Program-made: the position numbers and the translations under genes
Notes under the pieces: generated by a model
The model's input: only the letters and a program-made list of their open reading frames with translations
The model's database searches: none
Told to the model about the DNA's origin: nothing
Assembly: GCA_963821375.1 (NCBI GenBank)
Contig: CAWGDN010000002.1
Span: 808,546 to 872,545 of the forward strand
Source of the DNA: Vicinamibacterales bacterium
GTDB lineage: Bacteria > Acidobacteriota > Vicinamibacteria > Vicinamibacterales > JAMQPK01
Direction: 5' to 3'
DNA: 64,000 bases
Part shown: positions 28,810 to 37,223 of the stretch, one piece after another
Position numbering within the stretch: position 1 is the first letter of the stretch
Layout: each line of letters opens with the position of its first letter

Positions 28810-28904
28810 CCTTTCTCCTTCTTCACCACTACTGCGTTAGAGGGGTGTTGCGTCGATTGTATCGCGGGCCGTCGAAACAATTTCCATCCACCGCGTCACG
28901 AGCA

Positions 28905-29017
28905 TCAAGCAGGAACGTAGGCCAACCTGATCACATCCTCGCCAATCCGATCACTAGCCATAAGGCGCAGCGCGGTCGAGGTCCGAAGAAATATGGCTTG
29001 CCGTGACCAAGCACGAC
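28905..29017 (-). pseudogene. 3' fragment of a dihydrofolate-reductase-family (RibD C-terminal domain) gene, paralogous to 55477..56007
   Basis: Encodes ...VVLGHGKPYFFGPRP / ALRLMASDRIGEDVIRLAYVPA across two frames. The nucleotides align with 55477-55590. Confidence 0.6.
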
Positions 29018-29134
29018 CTCGCCATACCATTTCCCCACGCTGCATATCCTTCGCCCGCCCTTCGCGCGTACGCCAGCTACGCAAGCGACGCAGCGAAGGA
29101 TAGCTCGCATGGCGCGGCAATTGGGACGCCGCAA

Positions 29135-29944
29135 TCACCGGCGAGGCGGCTCCGGCGAAAACCCCGGCTCGAACCCGTGCGCCCGCTCGCGCCGCTGCAG
29201 CGGATCGGCGGTGTGAGCGGTGGGAAGGACGCCGAGCCTGACGAGTTGTGGGCGGAACTCGTACCGCAAGTGCACGGTCTGTGCCGGCGTGTCTTCGAGA
29301 TCGAGCGACACACGCACGACCGCGTGGCCGGCGCGACGGCCCATCCCGGTCGCGGCGTACTCCCCATCGTCCCTTCGTACGTCGCTCGCAGCCGCGTTCG
29401 CATCCTGGCGTGCTGGCGCCGCCGCGCGCGGCTCTTCCGACCGGCGGCCCGCATATTCGTTCGGCGTCTCGGACACCACTCGCGCGCGCTCCCTGAAGAA
29501 GACCGCGGAGATCGTGCCCAGATTGGCGGGCTTTCCCAGGGCCTGCGCATACGACTGCGGTTCGGTGGTGAACTCGAAGCGGCGCGCCTCGGTGCGGCTC
29601 GTCTGCCATCCGCTGATCGTGACGGTCTGATGCGGTTCGAGCACCCACTTGCGCGCCTCGGCGGCGGTGGTGTGGCGCGCGTCGATCGTATTAAGGCCAT
29701 CGACCGACAGAGCGACGGCCACGCGGACGGGGTAGGGATTGCGCAGACGAATCGAATATTCCCGTCCTTTGAGCGCCTCGACATACCAGCGCCCGCCGTG
29801 GGCGTAGCGGCGCAGGGGTGCGCCATTGACGAGAATGTCGACCTCCGCGGCCGGGTAGTGGACGGACGACGCGGACATGCCGACTTGGGGACCGGCCGAC
29901 AGGGCGAGGCCGGCAATCATGAGACAGGCGAATCGGTGATTCAT
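29135..29944 (-). CDS. secreted conserved hypothetical protein
   Basis: 269 aa with signal MNHRFACLMIAGLALSAGPQVG. No motif recognised. Confidence 0.55.
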   Translation of the reverse strand: MNHRFACLMIAGLALSAGPQVGMSASSVHYPAAEVDILVNGAPLRRYAHGGRWYVEALKGREYSIRLRNPYPVRVAVALSVDGLNTIDARHTTAAEARKWVLEPHQTVTISGWQTSRTEARRFEFTTEPQSYAQALGKPANLGTISAVFFRERARVVSETPNEYAGRRSEEPRAAAPARQDANAAASDVRRDDGEYAATGMGRRAGHAVVRVSLDLEDTPAQTVHLRYEFRPQLVRLGVLPTAHTADPLQRRERAHGFEPGFSPEPPRR

Positions 29945-29973
29945 AGCTCCTCCTCCCCTTAGAACGGAGCAAG

Positions 29974-30156
29974 CTAGAAATCTTGCACGGCCGGCGTATG
30001 TGGTTGATTGGCGGGCAGTTCGTCGCGGGGATCGATCTCTACCGACACCTGAAGACGTGGAGCCGACAACGACGGAGATTGGGTCCGCCCGAGGACCGGG
30101 CCGATCGGCACGGTGACGGCCGTCAACATGATCGCGATTGTCTCAAGTCGGCTCAT
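29974..30156 (-). pseudogene. duplicated 5' fragment of the gene at 34344..35261
   Basis: MSRLETIAIMLTAVTVPIGPVLGRTQSPSLSAPRLQVSVEIDPRD versus MRRLATIAITLMAVTLPTGPGLGRAQSPSLSAPRLQVSVEIDPRD. The sequences then diverge and the fragment stops. Confidence 0.55.
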
Positions 30157-30186
30157 TCCTGTCTCCTCATCGCCGCTACGGGATCA
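30022..30186. repeat. 165-bp direct repeat, copy 1
   Basis: Aligns base for base with 35127-35291, with scattered mismatches and no gaps seen. Confidence 0.8.
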
Positions 30187-30279
30187 CATAGAAAATCCGT
30201 CAGCCGGTCGGCGACGCCGAATGTGGCAACGAACCCCTGGGCAAGCTGGTTGATCACCGACCAATCGAGCAGGACGCCG

Positions 30280-30957
30280 TCAACGGCACGCCACCGAACC
30301 GAGGAAGATCGTGTGCCTCGGGCCGCCTTTCTTTAGACGCCCTCGCACTCGTTCGACCGTCATGTCGAAGCCGGCGTGTCGGAGCCGCTGCTCGAATCGT
30401 CGATCCTCCCGTGATGACCACACGGCGAACACTCCGCCGGGCTTGAGCGCTGCACGAGCGGTCGCCAGTCCGCGATCGTCATACAGGCCGGCGTTGTCCG
30501 CCGCCGTGAACGCGGCGGGGCCGTTGTCCACGTCGAGCAGCACTACGTCGAACTGGCCTGGCCTCGAGACGAGCGTTGCCGCCACATCGCTGATCTCGAT
30601 CGTCACACGCTTATCTCGGAGCGGGTGTCCGGCGAGCGGACCGAGCGGGCCGCGATTCCAATCCACGATCGCGGGTGCCAACTCGGCGACGATGACGCTG
30701 GCGTCTGGGGGCAGCAGATCGAGCGCGGCGCGCAGCGTGAAACCCATACCGAGTCCACCGACAAGGCAACAGGGCGCCTCGAGAGTTCGCGCGCGACCGC
30801 AGGCAAACGACGCGAGGGCTTCCTCCGATCCGTGCATACGGCTCGACATCAGGGCTTGGCCCCTGGCGAGGATGACGTACTCGGAGCCGTGGCGGGTGAG
30901 CGTCAGCTCTTCGCCTTGTGGCGTCTGCGTCTGACCGAGCAGCTCCCAGGGCTTCAC
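30280..30957 (-). CDS. spermidine-synthase-like class I methyltransferase
   Basis: VKPWELLGQ...LMSSRMHGSEEALA, GGLGMGFTLRAAL, DVVLLDVDNGP. GTG start at 30957. Confidence 0.7.
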   Translation of the reverse strand: MKPWELLGQTQTPQGEELTLTRHGSEYVILARGQALMSSRMHGSEEALASFACGRARTLEAPCCLVGGLGMGFTLRAALDLLPPDASVIVAELAPAIVDWNRGPLGPLAGHPLRDKRVTIEISDVAATLVSRPGQFDVVLLDVDNGPAAFTAADNAGLYDDRGLATARAALKPGGVFAVWSSREDRRFEQRLRHAGFDMTVERVRGRLKKGGPRHTIFLGSVACR

Positions 30958-30973
30958 GACAGTGGCCCGTGGA

Positions 30974-31177
30974 TCAATGGATGACCTCGCCGCCTTCGTC
31001 TTCCATGTCGAGGTGCGGGATGTCGAGCGCGGCGACTGCCTTAAGCGCCAGCAGGAGCGCCTCATCGACCTTCCTGCCGCAGCGCCTTCCTCGCAAGTTG
31101 CTTCGGACTTGTCGCAGCGCACGGAGGACTTGCGCTCGATCGAATCGCTGACCGTGACAGTGTTCGCAGAAACTCAT
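30974..31177 (-). CDS. small CxxC protein, hypothetical
   Basis: 67 aa (MSFCEHCHGQRF...). ATGA overlap with the upstream gene stop, and its own stop lies 17 nt before the next start; this coupling supports it being real. Confidence 0.4.
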   Translation of the reverse strand: MSFCEHCHGQRFDRAQVLRALRQVRSNLRGRRCGRKVDEALLLALKAVAALDIPHLDMEDEGGEVIH

Positions 31178-31557
31178 GACTGGACCCGTCTTGTCTGTTT
31201 GACGAGCCGAGGCCGCCGGCCGTTGGCACTTGACGCCGGTGCGAGCCCTGGCGATGGGTCCGGCATTTCCCGCGCGTGGCCTTCGGCCGCATCTTTTTGT
31301 TGGCGGGCCTTCCGTCGGCCTTCTTTCAAGGCGTGTTTGTGCTCATCGCTCAGCGACCGTCGAGGCTTGAGTTTCGTCGGAAGAACGGCGCTTGCCGCCT
31401 TTTCCGTCGTCTCCTGAGGATTTCCCTCGCGTGCTGTTGTGGCAGCGAGACCCACCCGGCTGAGCGCTGCGAGCGCCGCGTCCAAGGCATCCAGCTGATC
31501 CAACAACTCCTCGCGGTTCGCCTGCAGCAGGCGCACCGTGTCCTTTAGATCGATCAT
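31174..31557 (-). CDS. hypothetical protein with N-terminal coiled coil and a basic C-terminal half
   Basis: 127 aa from ATG 31557 (MIDLKDTVRLLQANREELLDQLDALDAALAAL...). The longer track ORF upstream is antisense to the ferredoxin gene. Confidence 0.45.
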   Translation of the reverse strand: MIDLKDTVRLLQANREELLDQLDALDAALAALSRVGLAATTAREGNPQETTEKAASAVLPTKLKPRRSLSDEHKHALKEGRRKARQQKDAAEGHAREMPDPSPGLAPASSANGRRPRLVKQTRRVQS

Positions 31558-31593
31558 GCTCACTCCAGCTATCCGTGCTCGTACAATGCGTTG

Positions 31594-31944
31594 ATGCCTA
31601 AGCTTACTGTTGAAGGGTATGGAACGTTCGATGTCGCTGTCGGCAAGCGGCTGGTGCTGGCCATTGAGCAAGATGCGAAGGTCGATATCCTGCACGCCTG
31701 TGGCGGCAACGCGCGCTGTACGACTTGCCGCGTCGAGTTTCTCGACGGAGAACCTGCGACACATACCGCCGCTGAGAAAGAGCGACTCGCGGCGCGAGGG
31801 CTGGCCGGTGTGCGGCTGTCGTGTCAGATTCTCTGTGATCGCGACATGACGGTGCGAGCCATCAGCCGGCTGGAAGGGTCGGGTCGCCCGGACCCGGGCA
31901 GCACGCCGCAGGAGGCGATCACGCCGCCGCCACAGTGGGTCTGA
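31594..31944 (+). CDS. 2Fe-2S ferredoxin-like protein
   Basis: MPKLTVEG..., Cys cluster HACGGNARCTTCRV plus LSCQI. Confidence 0.75.
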   Translation: MPKLTVEGYGTFDVAVGKRLVLAIEQDAKVDILHACGGNARCTTCRVEFLDGEPATHTAAEKERLAARGLAGVRLSCQILCDRDMTVRAISRLEGSGRPDPGSTPQEAITPPPQWV

Positions 31945-32412
31945 CCTTGGGCGCGAGGCGCGGACCTGGTTGGTCACGAGCAGCACGTCGGTCCACAGCA
32001 GCTCTTTACGGCAGCGGCCGGCTTACGTGCGCGCACGAAGGCACATCGTGAGCACCGCCGACCGCGCAAATCCGGGCGCGTTTGACTTGAGCGCATCGCC
32101 GAGCGGCGTCAGCGAACGCTCGAGGCTGAGGGGCCCACGGAAGAGCTGATCGTCAACTGTCGTGGCCACGGCGGGAGTGGTGGGCAGAGCGCCCGCAGAT
32201 TGCTTGAGAGGCAAAGGCTGCGGCGCTCTTTCAAGGTCTCGCCTCGCGAAATCTTGGCGAACCTGTCAATAACAGGCCATTTATGCTGCTTCTCGGACCA
32301 ACCAGTTGCGGAAATCGTCCAGTGTGGCGAGCCAACTCGTGCCAGTTGCCGCCTCAACTTGACAATGCCGCGCGGGGCTGTGGACGCGGAGCGTCACGAT
32401 CGCGCCGCTCTC

Positions 32413-32637
32413 TTACGCGCGCTGGCGAACGCCGGCGATCACCAGAGCCACACCACCGGCCACGGCCACGATCCCCAACACCGGAGGAAGCGGGAACGTT
32501 CTCTCTCGTTCCGTCGTCGCGTGGATCGGTCCGAGATCCAAGACTGTTTCCCGAGTCGTATACGTGATTCCTTGATAGACGAGCGCTGCCAGACCAATCA
32601 CGATCAGCGCGATGCCGACAATGGCGATGGTTTTCAT
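32413..32637 (-). CDS. small two-TM membrane protein
   Basis: MKTIAIVGIALIVIGLAALVY...LGIVAVAGGVALVIAGV. Start moved to ATG 32637. Confidence 0.5.
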   Translation of the reverse strand: MKTIAIVGIALIVIGLAALVYQGITYTTRETVLDLGPIHATTERERTFPLPPVLGIVAVAGGVALVIAGVRQRA

Positions 32638-32700
32638 GTGCGAATCCTTACAGCAAGTGAATCGGACGGTCCGATCGCTCATCACGAGCGACCCACGCCC

Positions 32701-33096
32701 TCACGACGAGCGGCGCGCCGCGTGCGCGGTGCTTTGCTCCAGTTCGGTCTGAGCGTCGGTGGCGCGCTCCTTGACATTCTCCGCGTTTCGCACGACCGCG
32801 CTCAGCGCCTTCCCATAGACTGCTCGGCCCTTCTGCTCGAGATCGTCAACCGCGTCCCCGACGCGTGTCGTGGCGTCTCGATATGTTTCCGCTGCGGCGT
32901 CGCCAGCTCCCACAGCGGTGTCCGTCAACTGCCGTCGAATGCTGCGCAGCGCAGCACTGATCTGAGGGGCGAAGAGCACGCCTGCGGCGGTCCCAATCAG
33001 TGCGCCCCCGACAAGACCCGTTAGAAAGCGGCTCCCGTGACCGGCGACAGCCTCGAGTTGTGGCTCGGTCGTTTCTTCATATCTAGTTTTTTCCAT
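32701..33096 (-). CDS. YtxH-domain stress protein
   Basis: FLTGLVGGALIGTAAGVLFAPQ followed by a helical Ala/Asp-rich region. AGGAG RBS before ATG 33096. Confidence 0.65.
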   Translation of the reverse strand: MEKTRYEETTEPQLEAVAGHGSRFLTGLVGGALIGTAAGVLFAPQISAALRSIRRQLTDTAVGAGDAAAETYRDATTRVGDAVDDLEQKGRAVYGKALSAVVRNAENVKERATDAQTELEQSTAHAARRSS

Positions 33097-33539
33097 TGTG
33101 ATCTCCTGTACGGTTCCAATGCGCCCACTCGCCTCTTCCGGTAGCGGCGCGCACCGCGATATTCGTCGCGGCCGCAATGACAGAACAAGCTTAGCGGCTT
33201 GCTTCCGTTGTCTCTGTTCAATAGAGCGCACATGGGTCCCCCGAGACCCTCACCCTCAGGGCACGAACGTCTCAATATCCATTTAGTGACGCGGAACGGC
33301 TCAGGCGACTGGCGGAGGAAACGCGTGAAGCTCGCGACCATCATCGCGAGGCGCTCGAAGCAATCCGGCAGGAGCGGGAGCAGCTAAAGGACGCGGCCGA
33401 GACAGCGCGCACCGCTGGCGAAGAAGCACGGGATGCCATCTCGACGATGGACCGGGGCGCACGCCGATTTGGCAGCCTTGCGCGTAGTCAATGCTGCTGC
33501 GGCACAGCCGGGATCGAAAAAGTGTAAATCCTCGGCCAC

Positions 33540-34097
33540 CTATTTCTTGTCACGCGTCAGGAGGTCGTAAATCAACCCGCCGACGCCGCCGGCTGCCGCA
33601 CCGACGGCTGCTCCTTTTTTCCCTCCCGCCAGCGCTCCAATGGCGGTCCCGGCACCGGCGCTGCCGCCGATAATCAGCGCTTCCTTTTCCCAAGATCGCC
33701 CGTTCGCCCGTTCCGTCGCAGGTCGCCGTTGGACGATGGCTGGTGCGCCGCTCACTTCCTGCCGGCTCGCGTTGTCTTTGAGCTGCACCGGGTGCATGCC
33801 TTCGTTGTCGAGGAGATACACCGAACGGACGTCACTGGCCTGCCTTTGCGGAATCACCAGCTGCGCCGTGCGGCCATCGGCCAAAGTGATTGGAATGATG
33901 GTGCCTTGCATCGGCCCGTTGGCGGTCGCGACACTGCCGGTGAACGCTCCGGATACTCCGTACCGTTGCTCGATCTGTCGGGGATCAAGCGTCTTGGCTT
34001 CGGTGGTGCACCCAGAGACCAGGCCTGCGACGATGAGCGCTGAGGTGAGTTGCAACGGGATGCTGTTGGTGACATGGCGCCGTTGGATGAGTGTCAT
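33540..34097 (-). CDS. lipoprotein with C-terminal glycine zipper
   Basis: LTSALIVAGLVSGC lipobox; GGSAGAGTAIGALAGGKKGAAVGAAAGGVGG. Confidence 0.65.
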   Translation of the reverse strand: MTLIQRRHVTNSIPLQLTSALIVAGLVSGCTTEAKTLDPRQIEQRYGVSGAFTGSVATANGPMQGTIIPITLADGRTAQLVIPQRQASDVRSVYLLDNEGMHPVQLKDNASRQEVSGAPAIVQRRPATERANGRSWEKEALIIGGSAGAGTAIGALAGGKKGAAVGAAAGGVGGLIYDLLTRDKK

Positions 34098-34343
34098 AAC
34101 CATCACTCTATTCAACGGTGGACGCACGCTCTGTACTCAACAGCACACGCCTGATGTGAGCCGTTTTAGTCGCAACATGTTCAAAACAACCATGGGTGTG
34201 GCAACACTGTTCTTGCTCGGCTTAACGGCAGCCGGGCCGAAGACGACATCAATTGGTGGTGTCAAGACGTTTGAATGGACAGGCCCGTACGAGCGGTTGG
34301 TGGCAAAAACCCGAGCCGGAGTGCGTCCCTCCAGACATCCTGC

Positions 34344-35261
34344 TCAGCGCTTCGCGAGAAGCCGGAGGACGTATTGAACGTTCACGTCCACCAGGGCCAC
34401 AGCCTCGCTCGTGAACCCCTTGCCGGAGAGAGCTGCGACGTCTGTGCGCAGCGTACCCAGGATGTTCCCAGACGCGTCCACTTGACTCTGTGCGATCGCC
34501 GTGCGCGCCGCTTGCAGCTTGTCGGTCACGTTGCGCGTCATCGCGTCGTTCGAGATCCACCGCAGCGTGCGTGCCTGGGCCACGTGGCGGGCGAGGTTCG
34601 CAAGCAAGGCATCGGGCGTCATTGCCTTCAAAGCTGAAGGCGCTAGCGTGAGGCCTGTCACACTTTGTGATTCAACGTACTGGTCGAACTCCTGCTCGAA
34701 TCGCTCTGCTTCCAAGGCATCGGGCTGCGGAGGCTCGACTGGCGCGAGCTCAGGATCGATGTAGGGAGCGACGGTGAATCGCCTGAGCGATGGCGGTCCA
34801 TGACTCGCGAGAGAAAAGCCGGCGAGCCTTTGCTTGCGGGAGATGAGAGCTGCATCGTTGACCGCGATCCAACGGGCTGTCGCATCAGTGCCCACCGTGA
34901 CCCTCCATCCCGGCTGTGGCGCCGACAACCCGACGGCAATAGCTTCGCCTGTCGTCAGGGTTCTTCCTTGCGCGGACAACTCGGCGACGAAATAGCCCGG
35001 TCCGTGCGCGAGCCCGAAAGCCGACGGCTTGGAAGCGCCCGCCGGAAGCGAAATGTCGATGGTCATTCTCTGGATGGCAGCCGTACTCGCGGCGCCATTT
35101 TCGAGAGTGTACCGGTAGATGAAGACGTCGCGGGGATCGATCTCTACCGACACCTGAAGGCGTGGAGCCGACAACGACGGAGATTGGGCCCGCCCGAGGC
35201 CCGGTCCGGTCGGCAGGGTGACGGCCATCAACGTGATCGCGATTGTTGCGAGTCGCCTCAT
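34344..35261 (-). CDS. secreted hypothetical protein
   Basis: 305 aa with signal MRRLATIAITLMAVTLPTGPGLGRA. Its 5' end lies in direct-repeat copy 2. Confidence 0.55.
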   Translation of the reverse strand: MRRLATIAITLMAVTLPTGPGLGRAQSPSLSAPRLQVSVEIDPRDVFIYRYTLENGAASTAAIQRMTIDISLPAGASKPSAFGLAHGPGYFVAELSAQGRTLTTGEAIAVGLSAPQPGWRVTVGTDATARWIAVNDAALISRKQRLAGFSLASHGPPSLRRFTVAPYIDPELAPVEPPQPDALEAERFEQEFDQYVESQSVTGLTLAPSALKAMTPDALLANLARHVAQARTLRWISNDAMTRNVTDKLQAARTAIAQSQVDASGNILGTLRTDVAALSGKGFTSEAVALVDVNVQYVLRLLAKR

Positions 35262-35291
35262 TCCTGTCTCCTCATCGCCGTTACGGGATCA
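35127..35291. repeat. 165-bp direct repeat, copy 2
   Basis: See copy 1. It ends exactly on the ABC-F stop codon (tca 35289-35291). Confidence 0.8.
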
Positions 35292-37100
35292 GGCTTTTCC
35301 CGTAGTCTCCCGAGCATCGAGTGCTTCCCAGCGTGTGTACGCAGCGAGGAGCAGCGTCTCCAGCTCCTCGAGCCTGGAAAGCGCCTCATGGATCTCGACA
35401 GCAGTGCGTTTGTAGAAATCGTCAGACGTCACCGTCGCCTGGAGAAGCCGCTGCTCCTTTTCCAACGCTTCGATCCGCGCTGGAAGCTCTTCGAGCTCCC
35501 GCCGCTCTTTGAAGGACGGTTTCCGTGGCGCAACGGAGGCATGGCTTACTTCGGTCTTCCTTGGCGTCGCCCCATCGCCGACCGTCTTCCGGCGAACCGG
35601 CTGAGGCTTGGCTTGCCGGCGTTGCCGCAACCAGTCCTCGTACCCACCGACGTATTCCTGAACGTGACCCTCACCTTCGAAGACAAGTGTGCTCGTGACG
35701 ACATGATCGACAAACGCGCGGTCATGGCTGACCAGCAAGAGCGTCCCCTGCCACGTGGCCAGCCGCGTCTCGAGCAGTTCCAGCGTCTCGATGTCGAGAT
35801 CGTTGGTGGGCTCGTCCATCACCAACACGTTGAACGGGCGGGCAAAGAGCCGCGCAAGCAGCAGGCGATTGCGCTCGCCACCTGACAGCGCTTTCACCGG
35901 AGACAGAGCCCGCTCGGCGGGAAAAAGAAAATCTCGCAGGTAGCCGTGAACATGCTGGGTCCGATCGTTGATCGTGACCGTGTCGTGACCATCGGCGACG
36001 GTTTCCCATACGGTGCGATTTGGTTCGAGCTGCTCGCGCTGCTGATCGTAGTAGGCAATCTGCACGTTCGCACCCTGCCGCACCTCTCCCGCATCGGGCG
36101 CGAGATCCCCGAGCAGCAGCTTGAGCAGCGTGGTCTTGCCGGAACCGTTTGGTCCAATCAGACCGATGCGATCGCCACGCATCACCCGCACGAAGAAATC
36201 GCTGACCACCGGTCGCCCGCCGAATGACTTCGCGACCCGCTCGGCCTCGAACACCATCTGGCCGCTGCGCTCGCCGATCTCTGTCTCCAGACGGACGGAC
36301 CCGATGGGCGATCGCCTGGCCGCCCGTTCCTCGCGCATCGCGAGGAGCGCGCGTACACGTCCCTCGTTTCTCGTACGCCGCGCCTTGATCCCCTGGCGCA
36401 GCCACGCCTCTTCCTCGGCGAGCCGTTTGTCGAACTGCGCGTGATGCGCCTCTTCAATGACGAGCGATTCCTCCTTGCGCCGCAGGAATGTCGCGTAGTC
36501 GCCAGGCCACGAGGTGAGCTGGCCGCGATCCAGCTCGACGATCCTCGTTGCCACCGCCTCGAGAAACACGCGATCGTGGGTGACGAACAGGACTGTGCCG
36601 GCGTAGTCGGCGAGAAAGCCTTCGAGCCAGCGGATCGATTCGATGTCGAGATGATTGGTCGGCTCGTCGAGCAACAGCAAATCTGGTTGCGTCACCAGCG
36701 CCCGCGCCAGCAGCACCCGGCGTCGCCAGCCGCCCGAGAGCGTACCCATGCTGGCCTCAGCGGGGATCTGAAGTCTGGAGAGCACCATGTCGATCTGGCG
36801 ATCGTCCCGCCAGTCGCCATTTTCTCCAGTCGCCTCCGCGACGACGTCGAACGCGAGCCGGTCCTCGGCGATCAGCGCATCCTGCGCCAGTCGGCCGATA
36901 CGCAGGCCGGGCTGGTGCCACACGTCGCCCTCTTGCGGTGTAACCTCGCCGCCGGTGATCTGAAGCAGCGTGGATTTACCCGTGCCGTTCCGGCCGATGA
37001 CGCATACGCGCTCGCGCGGTTCGATGCGGAGGCTGGCCCGGTCTAATAGAGGAAGATGGCCGTAGGCCATCGAGACATTGTCGAGAGTGACGAGTGGCAT
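35289..37100 (-). CDS. ABC-F family ATPase (Uup-like)
   Basis: Two ABC cassettes (GRNGTGKST / LSGGWRRR and GPNGSGKTT / LSGGERNR) and a C-terminal coiled coil. Start moved to ATG 37100 (MPLVTLDNVSMAYG). Confidence 0.9.
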   Translation of the reverse strand: MPLVTLDNVSMAYGHLPLLDRASLRIEPRERVCVIGRNGTGKSTLLQITGGEVTPQEGDVWHQPGLRIGRLAQDALIAEDRLAFDVVAEATGENGDWRDDRQIDMVLSRLQIPAEASMGTLSGGWRRRVLLARALVTQPDLLLLDEPTNHLDIESIRWLEGFLADYAGTVLFVTHDRVFLEAVATRIVELDRGQLTSWPGDYATFLRRKEESLVIEEAHHAQFDKRLAEEEAWLRQGIKARRTRNEGRVRALLAMREERAARRSPIGSVRLETEIGERSGQMVFEAERVAKSFGGRPVVSDFFVRVMRGDRIGLIGPNGSGKTTLLKLLLGDLAPDAGEVRQGANVQIAYYDQQREQLEPNRTVWETVADGHDTVTINDRTQHVHGYLRDFLFPAERALSPVKALSGGERNRLLLARLFARPFNVLVMDEPTNDLDIETLELLETRLATWQGTLLLVSHDRAFVDHVVTSTLVFEGEGHVQEYVGGYEDWLRQRRQAKPQPVRRKTVGDGATPRKTEVSHASVAPRKPSFKERRELEELPARIEALEKEQRLLQATVTSDDFYKRTAVEIHEALSRLEELETLLLAAYTRWEALDARETTGKA

Positions 37101-37223
37101 CCACGCTGATCGTACCATTGGCGCACGGGTGAGCCTGGAGAGCCAACTTTTCACACGGCCGACTTCTTGCCAGGCCGAACGTCAAACCTGCATAGTTCCC
37201 CCAATTGAGGGCACAATATTCCT

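Noticed and set aside
33225-33530. Open frame encoding a coiled-coil-like peptide (DAERLRRLAEETREARDHHREALEAIRQEREQLKD...)
   Set aside because: There is no ATG/GTG/TTG start after the upstream stop and no recognisable domain. It may be a gene fragment, but this cannot be supported.
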